A stretch of 63,580 bases of DNA, counting the filler. It is 3 parts of 3 records of this genome, joined end to end, with 100 filler letters (N's around TTAATTAATTAA, not from the genome) between each part and the next. Parts side by side here need not be neighbours in the genome. Positions count along the whole stretch, not along the records: positions 1 to 19,782 come from SRR20825019_1435; positions 19,883 to 43,842 come from SRR20825019_1448; 1 more part is not named here. The stretch is one strand, 5' to 3'. Below, one piece after another: positions 12,501 to 24,203 of the stretch. A program made the translations under genes and the position numbers. Each line of letters begins with the position of its first letter. Position 1 is the stretch's first letter. The notes beneath the pieces are model-generated. The model searched no databases and was not told the DNA's origin. It saw only the letters and a list, made by a program, of their open reading frames with translations.

Positions 12501-15500
12501 CAGAGCTTCACCCAAGGCTGGCCACCCCAACGAGGAGAAGGACCCTTTTGCTCAACTGGCGTACCGGCCTTTCCTTTCAAGTACTCAAGACGATTCTTGA
12601 TAAGGGTGGTTCCAGATTTGCAGTTGTGGAGGAGATCGAGCTCTTCCTCATCTGTTAACAAGCAGCTGCTTGACACATGCTGAACACTTGACAAGTAAGC
12701 GTCCATAACCTGATGAGTCTCCCATTTGCATTTAACAGGACTGTAGAGCACTGCCAATGACATCTTAAGTCTACAAGCATGGGCGTCAGGGTGATTATCA
12801 TCGAGTGTTTTCTCGAACTGGTCAAATATCCACTGCTCCTCGGAAGACAGTTCTGTGTCAATACAGCTACTGTCAATCATGCGGAAGGCATCTTCGTATT
12901 GTCTGGACAAGAAACGGAGAAGCACCATGTAAAGCAAAGATCCCAGGGTATTCGGAAGGACAAAGGTCTTGCTCGTATGTACTGGATACAGGTAAGTCCT
13001 TGTTTGCATAACCTCCTGCCATCCTGAAGATCCACGATCGAAAACAAGCTCCCTCGTGAACGGACGCCCCCTGACACGCGGTCGATGGGCATCATGGTTG
13101 GCTACCAAAAGCTGCATCTCATGAGCATGGTTCCCAATAACAAGACTTTGGTCTATTCCCTGAAGCATCGAGTCGAGGAAATCACACCCGACCTCCGCTA
13201 CATCGCTGATGAACCATCCCGGGTGATCCAAGCTATAAAGTTTCACTGTGCCGTCAGGCCCCTTCTGAGGCTGGAACTTGAGCTGGAGCCGGGGCAGCTC
13301 GACAACAGCAATTCTTGCCAAGGATTGCGACCCTTCCATCAAGCACTTCTCCGGGTAGGAAGTTGTCCACACAAGAATGTGAGAAAGATCTTCGATTCGG
13401 GTGAGCGCACGCGCCAAGCGGGATAGCACGCTGTTTTCTGGGGCATCAAGCAAGTTCAAAAGATATAGGTCTCCTGTACGATTCGACTCGCCAATCTTGC
13501 TTTCGGAACGACCAAGTGCAGCAGGTGCGCTCCCAATTTCGCCAGCAGTCTCTCCGGCCTGCAAGGCACCGCCACTTTCAAGAATAGCGATGGATTCGGC
13601 GTTGACTTCATCCACGAGCCATGATTTAGCGAGGTCAACATCGCCTCCAAAGAGGGTGAGAGCATGCTCACAAGCGACACTACTATAGCCTTCCTCCTTC
13701 AAAACGGCCATACGACTGAGAATCTTTTGATGATCTGCCATCAGATTTTCTTGCTGCTGTTTCTTGGGGCTGATAGATTCTGATGCGGATGCCGCCGGAG
13801 CATCTGGCATATCGATATCCATGGGTGCTTCCGGTTCGCTCACAATCGCGGCCATCACCTCGGCCTGATTGGCCTCGTTGAATAGCCACTCCGCTGCTGC
13901 ACCAAGGTTACCTCCCGTCTTGGACAGAGCAAGCTTCGCCGCAGGCATCGCAAAGCCCAACTCCACCAAGTGAAGAACATCCATTTCCTTGATCTCGGCG
14001 ACAGGCGCTGGTGCGACCGGGGCAGGGGCGTCATTGCGAACAAGATTCGATTCACCAATTGTAGATGACACAATATTCGTAAACCCTTGATTCAGTGCAC
14101 GACGGCGAATACTAGCGTTACATGCGTTTGTACCATTTTCTAATACAACTTCAACGAGGTAACTAAACCACTGAGATTCGTTGTTAATGGGGCTTCCACG
14201 AATAATTCCGTCCTCACCCTGCCACATATTGAAGGATTCAAGCAGAGCAGAAGGAATAAGGCCTTGTAGCAGCCTTGGAGGAAGATAATTCTCCAAACCG
14301 CCGAGGTCCTTGTTTCTCCTTGTCACAACCAGTGAAGACTCCTTCACCCGCTTCTTCTTGAAATCACCGGCCGCGTATCTGACAAGCTCCGATAGGGCTA
14401 CGTCGCGTGTCGACAACTTAGGGGGGAGACTGTGAAGAGCTAGGCGCGCATTCGAGGAATAAACCAACGTGCGGTACATACGTCTGCCGTGAGAAACTAG
14501 ATTGTAGACCATGCACACGTTGGGGGTCTTTAGGGCCACAATTTCCTTCCATGTAGCATCTTCTTTGTCGAAGGCATCGCATCCAATTACACGAACAGTT
14601 GTGCAACCTTCGTGATAGACGGTCTCTGGGAGCAGCAAGGGATATGGAATCTTATGGTCGTCATCAATCGGAGGATACATCATATTGATAATTGGGCGAA
14701 TAATATCAATGGCCCATCGCTCCGATCGGTGCTCATGAACTTCGTCATCGTACGGGTCATACTTGCGGTTGTAGCGGACACCATTGAAAATGACGTCATC
14801 ACAGGGAACTTTGTCGGGTTCGCGGCGAGCATTCATGAAGGGATTATTGAATGCCGGCGGTGCTTCAGCAAGTCCTCCAGGACGCGGAGACTCACACACT
14901 GAGCACTGAGATCCCGCCATACCTTGCTGAGAGCAATTGAAGGACGTACATGCTTCACATCGGAAGCACCTGCCATCGGCACCACCGCAAACCAGGCAAA
15001 TGTAGCCGCCGCCACTTTCTGGGTCGGCCGGTTTCGGTGGGTTCGTTGGAGCACCAATACCTTGGTCTGTATTGATAGGCTCGTCCCATTCCATGAGATC
15101 ATAGTCAGTACCTATCACGTGAACCCAGAACCTGTGCTCGTTGCGCTTAACAACACCACAATGCAATGCCTCGCGACCAAATATAGTTTCAAAGTCTGAA
15201 TATTGGGTCATGCTATCCGGTACAGGGCGAAGCTCATCATTCCTCCAAAGAACTTCAGCAGTCTGGGCATCAAAGCGAAGCTCGGCCTTTTTGGCCACAT
15301 ATCGCCCCAACCCTTCCCTGTCCTGACTCTGCTTGGTCCATCCATCACAAGTGAACTCGCCGTTTCGTAACGCAACACGAATGATATTGTCGAGAACACC
15401 GTTAATGGTGGCCATGTCCGATTCTTCAAACCACGACACGATGCCGCGTCGATGCCTTTGCAGCAGATTGAAAAGGCGGAACTCGGGCACATCCGCCGGT

Positions 15501-18500
15501 GGAAGCTTGAAATAAGTCTCAGTGTCGCCCTCCTTATTCTTTCCGTCCTCAACCGGCCGCACACGAATGAGGGTTGGTACACGAATCGTTTCTCGCCCAA
15601 TGTGCAAAAACAGTGGACGGCGCGATCCCGAGCTGGAAAGATACGATTCAAGGGCGTTCTTGCTCAGATGATTTGTGTTGATCCCTTGAGCCTGCAAGAA
15701 ACGAATCAACCGTTCTTCTGCGGATAACAATTCGTCTCCATCCTTGCATGTCATTTCGGACCGCTGCTGGCCAAGCCCAAAGCCGTGCCAATTCCTCACA
15801 TAGGCCAAGCTACCCACCATAGCTGCGACCACATCAGGTGAGAGTTCTGATCGGTCCACGTTTGACCACACCAGCGCCAAATATGAATGTACAACACATG
15901 CAGTAAGAAGATCATCGGTCTTTTCGGCCTCTTCCCTCCAACGTTCTAAAGTTGGAGCGATTCTGGTGTGGATGTAGTCATAAAGCTTCTTTCTGTAATC
16001 TGCGAGAGACGCGACGATTTCTTTCTCACGGAGATTCGCACCAGAGACTCCAAGGTTTGTCACATATACCATATACCCCTCCATATCCACAGCGATCTGA
16101 GCCATGTAAAGGACATATGATGCATTAGGAGAATAAACAGAGCAGTTCGCCAAGTCCTTGATCGAATCCAACACGACAAAGAATGGTTCCATGACTGCAG
16201 CAGGAGAGTGGCTGAGCTCGTTGACTAACAATCCGTGGCGAGTCCCAAGCAAAGCTTGGTCTTCCGAAACAAAACGGGCATCCATCATCTTCTGAATGTT
16301 CGCATCGCGCCGATCAGCCACAGTCTGACGAAGGGGCACCTTCTTGATGACTGTGTTGAGACTTCCCGAAATCCAAGCATTGGGCTCGAAGAGTACAGAG
16401 CGGAGCACTTCCTGTAGCTCTTCACTAAACAGATATGTCGAGCGATCCTGGCCAGCAAAAAAGTCCAACACCAAGGGAATCGCAACGTACGGCACTGTCA
16501 AATACGACAACAACAGCTCAGATTCCTCGGCACTCAGCGTATCACCGAAAGTAGGAAGCTTCTCTAAGTGTAAAATGTCGTCCTCGCTTGGGAGTTCCTT
16601 ACCTACGATCTTCGCAACATTGGCGGGAGAGTTGACCACAGGGCCCTCGCCCCAACTCAGCTCTCGTGTCCCAAAGGCAGTCAATTGTATGTCTGCAGTG
16701 TCCAGGTCAGGACCACGGAAATTCGCAATCTCCCATTGCAGCGTGCGTGTCTCCTCCCATGAAGACCTCGCCCACGAATTACGTTGCCCTGATGAGTCAT
16801 CGAAGCTCAACCTCCAGTATTGGTAGCCCACCTGCTTTCGCTTCCGATAGAGCTCTGCCTCTCGAGTCTCCATGGTAGTTCCAAACTTGAAGAGAGCCGC
16901 CATATCACGCAATAATGCAAATTCTGGCTTCTCCTGGCAGAGCTTAGAGCGTTCCCCAAACATCCACTCCATTAGAGCTTCCATTTCATGTTGTGCCATG
17001 GGTTGATCTTCCGCCATCAGTTGGTACCCACTCTGTTCCATGATACGGCGGAGGAAGACGACTGTAGGAGAGTACTTCTTGATCTCGATCTTATCTGGCA
17101 TCCGGTATTCGAAAATGCGATATTTGCAACCAGATTCTACGGACTCGAGATAAGCCAGCATGGTATCACGCGAAATGGTGTGCTTAGGATTCACTAACTC
17201 CAGCGATTTGCATACTTCCAAGTAGCTGCGCGAGTTCTGGCACACAGTGGTCGACACTGAGTAGCCATTGTCTTCTCTGAGGAGTCCAGGCACCGTCAAG
17301 TTCTCTCCTTGGGTGTGGACAACACGAATCACAGCATCAAACACAGATAGCATACAGCCCATGGTCAAACAGCGCTCCGAGTCGAATGCCCGGCTTGGAT
17401 TATCTACGCTCTGCCACAGATAAGAATATAAGTACGACAACTTGAAAACGCGTTGAAGACAAGTCATCTGAACATCCTTGGCACTGGTGCCGTTAGATAC
17501 AAGTGCGCTACTGTGAATATTGGCAAAACCATTGTGATAAACGCAATTGCCCGGCTCTGTTCCCATAGGACCTGGCATCGGCAGTATCTCAGTGAAAAGG
17601 GTCGTGATCAATGCCACAGCTTCCATGTGTAGAGCCCGCCGCGACGATGTTGAACTCTCCTTTGCACGATTTAGCAATTGTTGGCAAGCCTCATCGCAAC
17701 GAACAAGTGCAGTAATGACCTGCTCAAGTGATGTCACATTCTCCGGGACGGCCAGCATATTCGCGCGCGCCGGAGGGCGCACAGCAGCACCATCACCAGC
17801 ATACTTCTCAACATCATGCTCCTTCAAGAGTTCAAAGGAATGGAAAGGATTCACAGATGTCTCCAGCTGCGCATCAACACCAGGAGGCAGCCCTTGCTGT
17901 TTGTCTTCAGACGGAAGCTTTGCAACTAGCTGATCAATAGTTTCAACGAGCACTTTCACATTGTTCAGTCCTGTTACACCAAGTCTACCGGCCCTTACTT
18001 CCTTTAAAGAGGCAAGGGACAACTGCTCACAACCGTACTTCAGCAGTGATTGGTCCGTACCGGATATCAGAGTAGGCGGCGCTTCTAACCATGGGAAGTT
18101 ATCAGCGTCAATGTCCTTGGAAATCACCTCCGTTCCCTTTAGGGTGATCAACTTGCCATCTGGCCCAAATAGAAGCAAAGTTGGCAGGCTGGAAACTCCA
18201 AAGAACTTCGCAATCATGCTGGTAACATGGAATGGAACAGCAAGCCATGGCATTTTGGCAAGATATTGGCCCCATTCCTCTTCACTCTTCTCTGATCCAA
18301 CAAACAATACCTCAAATTTACCAGAGCCGTGTCTTTCGAGAACATTATTGTAGGCCTTAATTAGACGTGGCGTAAACTTCTGGCACGGACCGCACCAACT
18401 ACCAGAGAAATATAGCCCCACAATATTCGCGCTGCGGAGAGTTGAAAATGGCAAACGAGCCCCATCCTTATTGGTAAGACCGGCATCGAGACCATCTTGT

Positions 18501-19559
18501 CCCACAACGCGACCAATGGCATCACTGGCTTCGTCCAGGGTCGGCATAGAAGACAGAGTGGCGCCCAACTTGACGAGGACGTCCATCTCGTTTTTGCAGT
18601 CTGGGCCAGCCATCATCATCAAGTCCTCGGTAGCACGAAGCAAAGTCTCGCGCCGCAGCAAGAGCGTCATTTGCTTCAACTTAGCATCAGTAAAACCTTG
18701 ACAACGACAAAGATAGAGGATTGATTCTTTCACGGACTGAGCGGCAGAGGTATTGGAGCGCTGAGGTGTGCGGAACGTGGATGCCATATCATCCTTTCCG
18801 GAAAGAACAGCCTGGGGCAACGATCTCCTGACGCCTGGTTTGGAGAGATCCTCCTCGGCCAGCCATGGTAACAGTACATCGTACAACACCTCGACCCTGT
18901 GATATTCAGAAGGCTCTCCCATCCAAAGAGAAAATATCAAAAGCCAAAACGCAGGATCGGAAACGCGGTGTTGTGGAATATTGGGCAACGTCATGCAAGT
19001 CTTGTACTTGATCTTCGAGTCGGTGGCCGTGGATAAGTGATACTCCACGCCACTACCACTGTTGCACACAGTGACAGTAAAGTTCGTATCACGCTCGCGT
19101 CTCAGGATTACAACTGCCCAGCCTTGAGAAGTGAGACCAAGCCAGCCAGCTGGTAAAAGCAAATACTCCTTCTCTCCAAGCCCCGAAATCTTCTGAACCA
19201 CTGCGGCGACGACATCGGCGATTTGAGCCGGCTTTTCGCAGGTAGCCACTGCCTGCGCGATTTCTGCACAACTCTTCAAGAGAGAAACAAGATTTCCTAT
19301 AATTGAAAAGTCTTCTGCAACCATAGATGAGAGAAACTCCTTAAATCCAGTCTCATTAGATTCCGAGGTGCGCCCCACAAGACGACCTGGAATGAAGTTA
19401 GCGCAACTGAAATCCCCAAATTAAGCCCACCATACCTAACAACTGTGAATACGCGTTCAAGCAGTTCGCAACGTGACCTCCTTCGAGTTCGGTTCCACTG
19501 ACGAAAGGATCTGCCAAAGTCCCAACATAGCCATCATGAAACCAATACGGTTTTTCCAT
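6596..19559 (-). CDS. Giant (~4304 aa) multidomain protein: peptidase-like N-terminus, nucleoredoxin-type thioredoxin, Zn fingers, 2 UBA, DUF3638/DUF3645-type SF2-like P-loop ATPase, AZUL-like domain, EF-hands, C-terminal RanBP2-type Zn fingers
   Basis: Exon 1 19436-19559 (MEKPYWFHDG...) plus a 49-nt GT-AG intron 19387-19435 is in frame with the 4260-aa ORF. Motifs: YFSGSWCGPC; LVELGF..A..AL..GNL..A.EWL; QMIMGAGKTTVV; IMDEVD; AVPFVGKDVPSRSSEFAHPDV; FSGT; TTGMDI; QGAYRMR; GCG...C.N..C.C; DSDNDGKLSYSE; WQCMNCTFIN..C..C. Confidence 0.92.
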
Positions 19560-19782
19560 AATTTCACAATTAGTGCACAGTTGAAATTTGAACTGTGGAA
19601 ACTGGATAAACCGTAGGCGATCATGTCACTTTTGGGTGGACAGATATAAAGTGCAGGCAGCTGCAAGGTTGTACTGGGGGGAACGTGGTGACCTGGTTCA
19701 GTCAGAGCATGGAGGAAGCGGCTAGGGCGTGTACACTGCTTGGGAATCACAAGCTGATACCACTGACCGTGACCGGCCCGGC

Positions 19783-19882
19783 NNNNNNNNNNNNNNNNNN
19801 NNNNNNNNNNNNNNNNNNNNNNNNNNTTAATTAATTAANNNNNNNNNNNNNNNNNNNNNNNNNNNNNNNNNNNNNNNNNNNN
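19783..19882. other. Artificial contig spacer (44 N + TTAATTAATTAA + 44 N)
   Basis: Exactly 100 bp; the 12-mer gives stops in all six frames; an identical spacer lies at 43843-43942. Confidence 0.97.
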
Positions 19883-20271
19883 GGGGGGGGGGGGGGGGGG
19901 GGGGGCTCGACCACGCACCGCGCCCGGCGGGGGTGCAGTCACCGGGTAGCTCCCGGTCAGGCGGCCGGGCAGCCGGGCGGTTGCCGGGCCGGGCGGCCCC
20001 GCTCAGGGCACTAGCGTCGAGGCGGTACTCGCCGGCGAGCATTGTCAACGAGAAGCTGCCCGGAATAGGAGAGCACCGCTACGTTAAGCGGCAGCGCGCT
20101 TACTGTTCCGTCGCGAAGACGTTCAGCAGGGCACCATCCTGTGCTGGCAGGTGGCCTTGTCCTATTACCTTGCCATATGTAGACACCGCCCAAATCCCCC
20201 TTTGATTTTACGCTTGAGCTACGTTAGCACAAGAGTGCCTATATCGTTAGTTGGGGTGTGCGAAAGATCAT

Positions 20272-21576
20272 ATGTCCCAGCGTCGGATATCTGTACCTAG
20301 TGGAGGTGTTGAGAAGTTCGTTGGCTTGCCCCAAGAGTCGCCCTCAAAAGTAGTTTCGCCGAAAGAAGTTCCCGTAAGTTTACTTCTGGCGAAACCTGAG
20401 TTTTATGTTTAACAGCTAGAGACAGTGTGCGGAGTCCCCAGGTCAGGGCTTAGAACTTAAAGAAATAAATCCCACCATGCAGAACGGCGAGGGTCAACGC
20501 GACGGAGAAAGAAGACTGTCAGCGAGTTCCAAGAAAATATTATTTGAAGAAAACGGGTAACTATTGAGAGTTCCCCGGCGCTGCTATAGCTGTTAACTAA
20601 TAGCGTGATTTGCAGAAATGGAACGGAACACATACAAACTCCGCCACAAGCGCTGTCAAGGCAACGCAGCCTTGCTCTCCCGTCATCCTTAGACTTTATT
20701 GCGGTTGACTACGCCAGCCTGTTGGGGAGGGAGAAAGTTCAGGATATGGCGGGTATGCAGCTGCGACTGTGGGATGTTCTCAACCTTACGCTTGTGGATA
20801 GGTAACGAAGTTCTAATTAGTTCGCACTGGAAGGACAATCTCTGCGTTGTTATTTTTCTAAGGAACTTCAGCTGTGTCTTTAGTGCGTGTCTGATATAAC
20901 GAGTAACTGGCATTAATCTGACCTGGTTTGCAGGTCGAAAAATGGTCAGCGAGGTCTTGTTGCGGAGACCTGAGTTCGATGGTCAGGGCATTGGTACGCC
21001 ATACTCGTGCAAAACCTATGCGACCCTGATCAATTTTTTTGCAGAGATATTGTTTGTGGGCCATGGAAGTGTGAAGGCAGCTCGGACATTTCAAGCACGA
21101 ACGAAAATACCCGAAGGCCGTCTTGTGATCGACACGCGGCGGAAACTGTAAGCACATACATAGGTTCCACCGGAGATGTCTTGACATTCCACAGTTACAG
21201 GATACTCGGATTTGGTAACTCGGCATTACTGGGACTCCCACCGGCGCATGCCCGCACGATGGCAAAGTACTTTGGCTTGCTATTGTAGGTGTCTCGTAGA
21301 TTGGGCCCGCTCTTCTTGAATGACTGACTGGATGATATGGTAGCTCGGGCTTTGTGCCAAATCTGAATCACAACGACTCCAGGTTTCAACTCGGAGGGAC
21401 TTTTGTTTTCGGCCCAGACAGCAGCACACATTTCGTTCATCATGATAAGTTTATTGGGGATCTTTGCAGCGTCGGAAACATACTATCCCCCATTGGCACT
21501 CAGGTGCATACAAGATGACGCAGGGTCTCGTGTGCAACTTTCAACTGGGCAGAACGTCCCTTCGTGTTGTGCCTAG
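20272..21576 (+). CDS. Peroxiredoxin-like 2 / AhpC-TSA_2 (FAM213/SelU-like) thioredoxin-fold protein, about 7-8 exons
   Basis: Manual splicing gives ...VQDMAGNEVLISSHWKDNLCVVIFLRNFSCVFSRKM...LFVGHGS...IDTRRKLYRILGF...QLGGTFVFGPDSSTHFVH. The stop is either TGA 21516-21518 or, after one more intron, TAG 21574-21576. Confidence 0.8.
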
Positions 21577-21779
21577 AGGGGCCAAATTCCCCCTCACGCT
21601 GCGGTACATAGAGGACGCGCGAACATGCACGCGCCAGAACCGAGGCATAACTGACGTAATGATAAAAAGTCCGCCGCACTGTTGCGGCTCTCGGAGGTAG
21701 TCTAAACCCATTCGAGAAACACGGATCTGGTTGGTATCTCCTTCACCGACGGAATCGTGATGCATCGCAAGATTCCCTC

Positions 21780-23463
21780 TCAATACCCACACTTACGAGA
21801 ATGGGGGATATCCATTCCCTCCAAGGTGTCGGTTGCTTCTTGCATATCCAACCCAAGGATCTCCACAATATGTTTAGCGATATCTGTGTTTTCATGGTTT
21901 CCTCGTAACTGCAGCGATGTTGGACCATACCCGTAGAGACTTATATCCACGCCCGTATGTTGTTGCGTGGTGAATGCTATATGTGCACGCGAAGCGACGA
22001 TGCTCCCTATCTCGCCCATCAGTGGCCACTTGTCGCCGTCACGAGCTCGTGCTGAAATCCGTGCAGCTTCATCTTCAGTGATGGTCATTGATGCACACTC
22101 TTGCAAAACCTTGATGGGATCTTCACCTCTGCCCATGACTCTCATGGCCATGATGTGCGTGCTACATTTGACTTTCCTCAGAACCTCCACGTCAAGGGTA
22201 TAGTCGCTATTTCCCAATGATAAACCGCCGGTTTCATGATCCGCCACAGACAATAACAAAGTATCTCCACTTTCCTCAGCAAACTCACGCGCCAGCATAT
22301 ATGCTTCATTGTACTCCACAATCTATCCAATCCATTAGTGACTAGATTCCTAGCAGCAACACCTTGAACGTTACCTCGCGGACAGCTGCAGCTGCATCAC
22401 TCCTGTGAAATGCTTGGTCGATCCTACTTCCCTCAATAAGCAACAAGAAAGGACGGCCTTTTCTCTTGAAATGGTCCAAGGCAACGGCAGTTGTTTCCAT
22501 CAGACTCGGTTGTTCACTCGGCCTGTCGATCGCGAAATCCATGTGACCATCGGCAAACACTCCCAGCAGCTTGTCTGCAGAATGTGTATCATCCCTGCTC
22601 AGATGCTCACGCTTATAGATAAGCTTGTATCCGTAATCTCTGACAGCTGTCATCAATAATGAATTTGGCATGTGGTCAAGGCCGCCGCCCATGAGAACAT
22701 CACATCCTTGGGTTAGTTGTTGTTTTGCAATGTCCTCATAATCATATCGGCACATGGCGTGACTGGTAAACGATGCCGGAGTGGCATCCGAGAGTGAAGA
22801 TGTCACGACCGCCCCTGTCAGCATGCCCTTGCTCCGCGCAGCCTCAAAAAGAGTTGCTGTACATACATTAGCCAAATGAAATACCGACAAATTAATGGAC
22901 ATACCCAATGGCTTGCCACTGGGCGATACCGCCACATGTCTGTTATTCGTTTTAAAACCAGTAGAGAATGCAGTTCCCCCGGCGGCAGAGTCAGTGATAT
23001 TACTATTACTGGAATATGTACGGATAGATCCAAGAATGTCAGAATCGAGACTCATGCTTCCGTGTCCGCCGGTATGGTACAATCGCCCTAGAGTCTGAGC
23101 AGCGGGGCCAAATCCGTCGCCGACCATAAGAACTACATTTTTCACAGATCCGTCGAAACTCTGCCCTGAACACGAATGCCGCTCCTGGCTCTGTAGCGCC
23201 ATACCGACTATTGAAAGTCCGCAAAGGGACACAAACGCCAAAAAAATAAGCACGGCCCCCATAAGCTGAAGCGTGCTATGCTTGCCGCTGAAAAGGCTAG
23301 CCAGGTCACGGCACTTATTCCCACGTGACGGACTGTCGATAGGAACCTGTGACTCTGTATCTATCTCTAGAGGCTGGTACCTTTTCATGTTTTTAACAGC
23401 AACACTAGACGAAGTCGTCGGCGCCCCTGCGGGGCTGGGCCCTGCTGTCTCGGTGGAGGCCAT
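21780..23463 (-). CDS. Alkaline phosphatase (PhoA/PHO8 type), type II membrane anchored
   Basis: NVVLMVGDG, TDSAAGGTA (catalytic Ser), ATPASF, IEGSRID, ADHETGG and HTGVD motifs; N-terminal TM; introns 22857-22904 and about 22325-22373. Confidence 0.93.
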
Positions 23464-23519
23464 GGCAAGAATAGATTTTCATTTAATTAGGGGCGACCAG
23501 TTTCTTTGAAGGTAGACTC

Positions 23520-24135
23520 TGCGCATCCTTTGGTTGCGGGCTGAAAGCGGACCTCTGGCAGTCGTTAGACCGCGGCCCACGCCCGGCTGCCCGGCCCGGC
23601 TCCGCGGCGGGCAAAAGTCACTTTTCTTGACCCCGCCTCGTCCGTCTGGCCGGCAGACCCGCCGGCAGGGCGGGTCACTCACGACGGTCGATCGAGCCCC
23701 CGGCGCCAGCCGGAGCGGCGCGGCGCGCAGGCTGGGAAACCGGTCCATTCCCAAGTATATCCCATTTGGGGAATGAATACTAGTGCCCCTGCAGTGGGCG
23801 CAGCGCGTGGGTGCCGGGTTTTTGAGTCAGCCCCCGGCCCGCCGGGGTGGTTCACCGGGCGGCCTGACTGAGTCGTCGCGGGTCGTGCCCGGCACGGCAC
23901 GCGCGCCCGCCGGGTCCGACCGGACCGGACCCCGCCGCCGGGGCCCGGCCGGGAAGCAGCCGGGCGCGCGGGGGCCCTGCTCCCGGTTCGGATCGGAACA
24001 CGGACTACTTAGGCCCGGCGAGCCGGTTCAGCCTGGTGAACTTCAATTCGCAACCAGTCAGTGACCGGACCGGGCCGCCTGAGGTGAACCGCAGACGCCA
24101 TGGGGTGAGCGGTCGTCGAACACCAACGTCGAAGG
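23520..24135. promoter_or_regulatory. GC-rich divergent promoter island (alkaline phosphatase / membrane protein)
   Basis: Two very GC-rich blocks flank a short AT-richer core between head-to-head ATGs; contains TGAGTCA, TGACTGAGTC and CAGTCAGTGAC. Confidence 0.6.
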
Positions 24136-24203
24136 ACACCCCTTGACAAAACGATAAATAAAAGAAGGCTACAGCAGTGAGGATATTTTATTCAGTTGAC
24201 GGT

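Noticed and set aside
6878-18724. Many plus-strand ORFs of 60-230 aa opposite the giant gene (and opposite other long genes)
   Set aside because: Antisense shadows of coding sequence; S/R/L-rich with no motifs.
19827-19838. TTAATTAATTAA palindrome as a biological element (e.g. piggyBac TTAA target)
   Set aside because: Centred in symmetric 44-N flanks and repeated identically at 43887; it is a six-frame-stop assembly linker.
20750-20810. Apparent frameshift or pseudogene in the PRXL2-like gene (LTLVDR* versus GNEVLISS)
   Set aside because: A 49-nt GTATGC...GATAG intron restores the frame.
21516-21780. TGA as selenocysteine with a SECIS downstream of the SelU-like gene
   Set aside because: The TGA is not at the redox motif and no convincing AUGA/AA/GA SECIS stem is visible.
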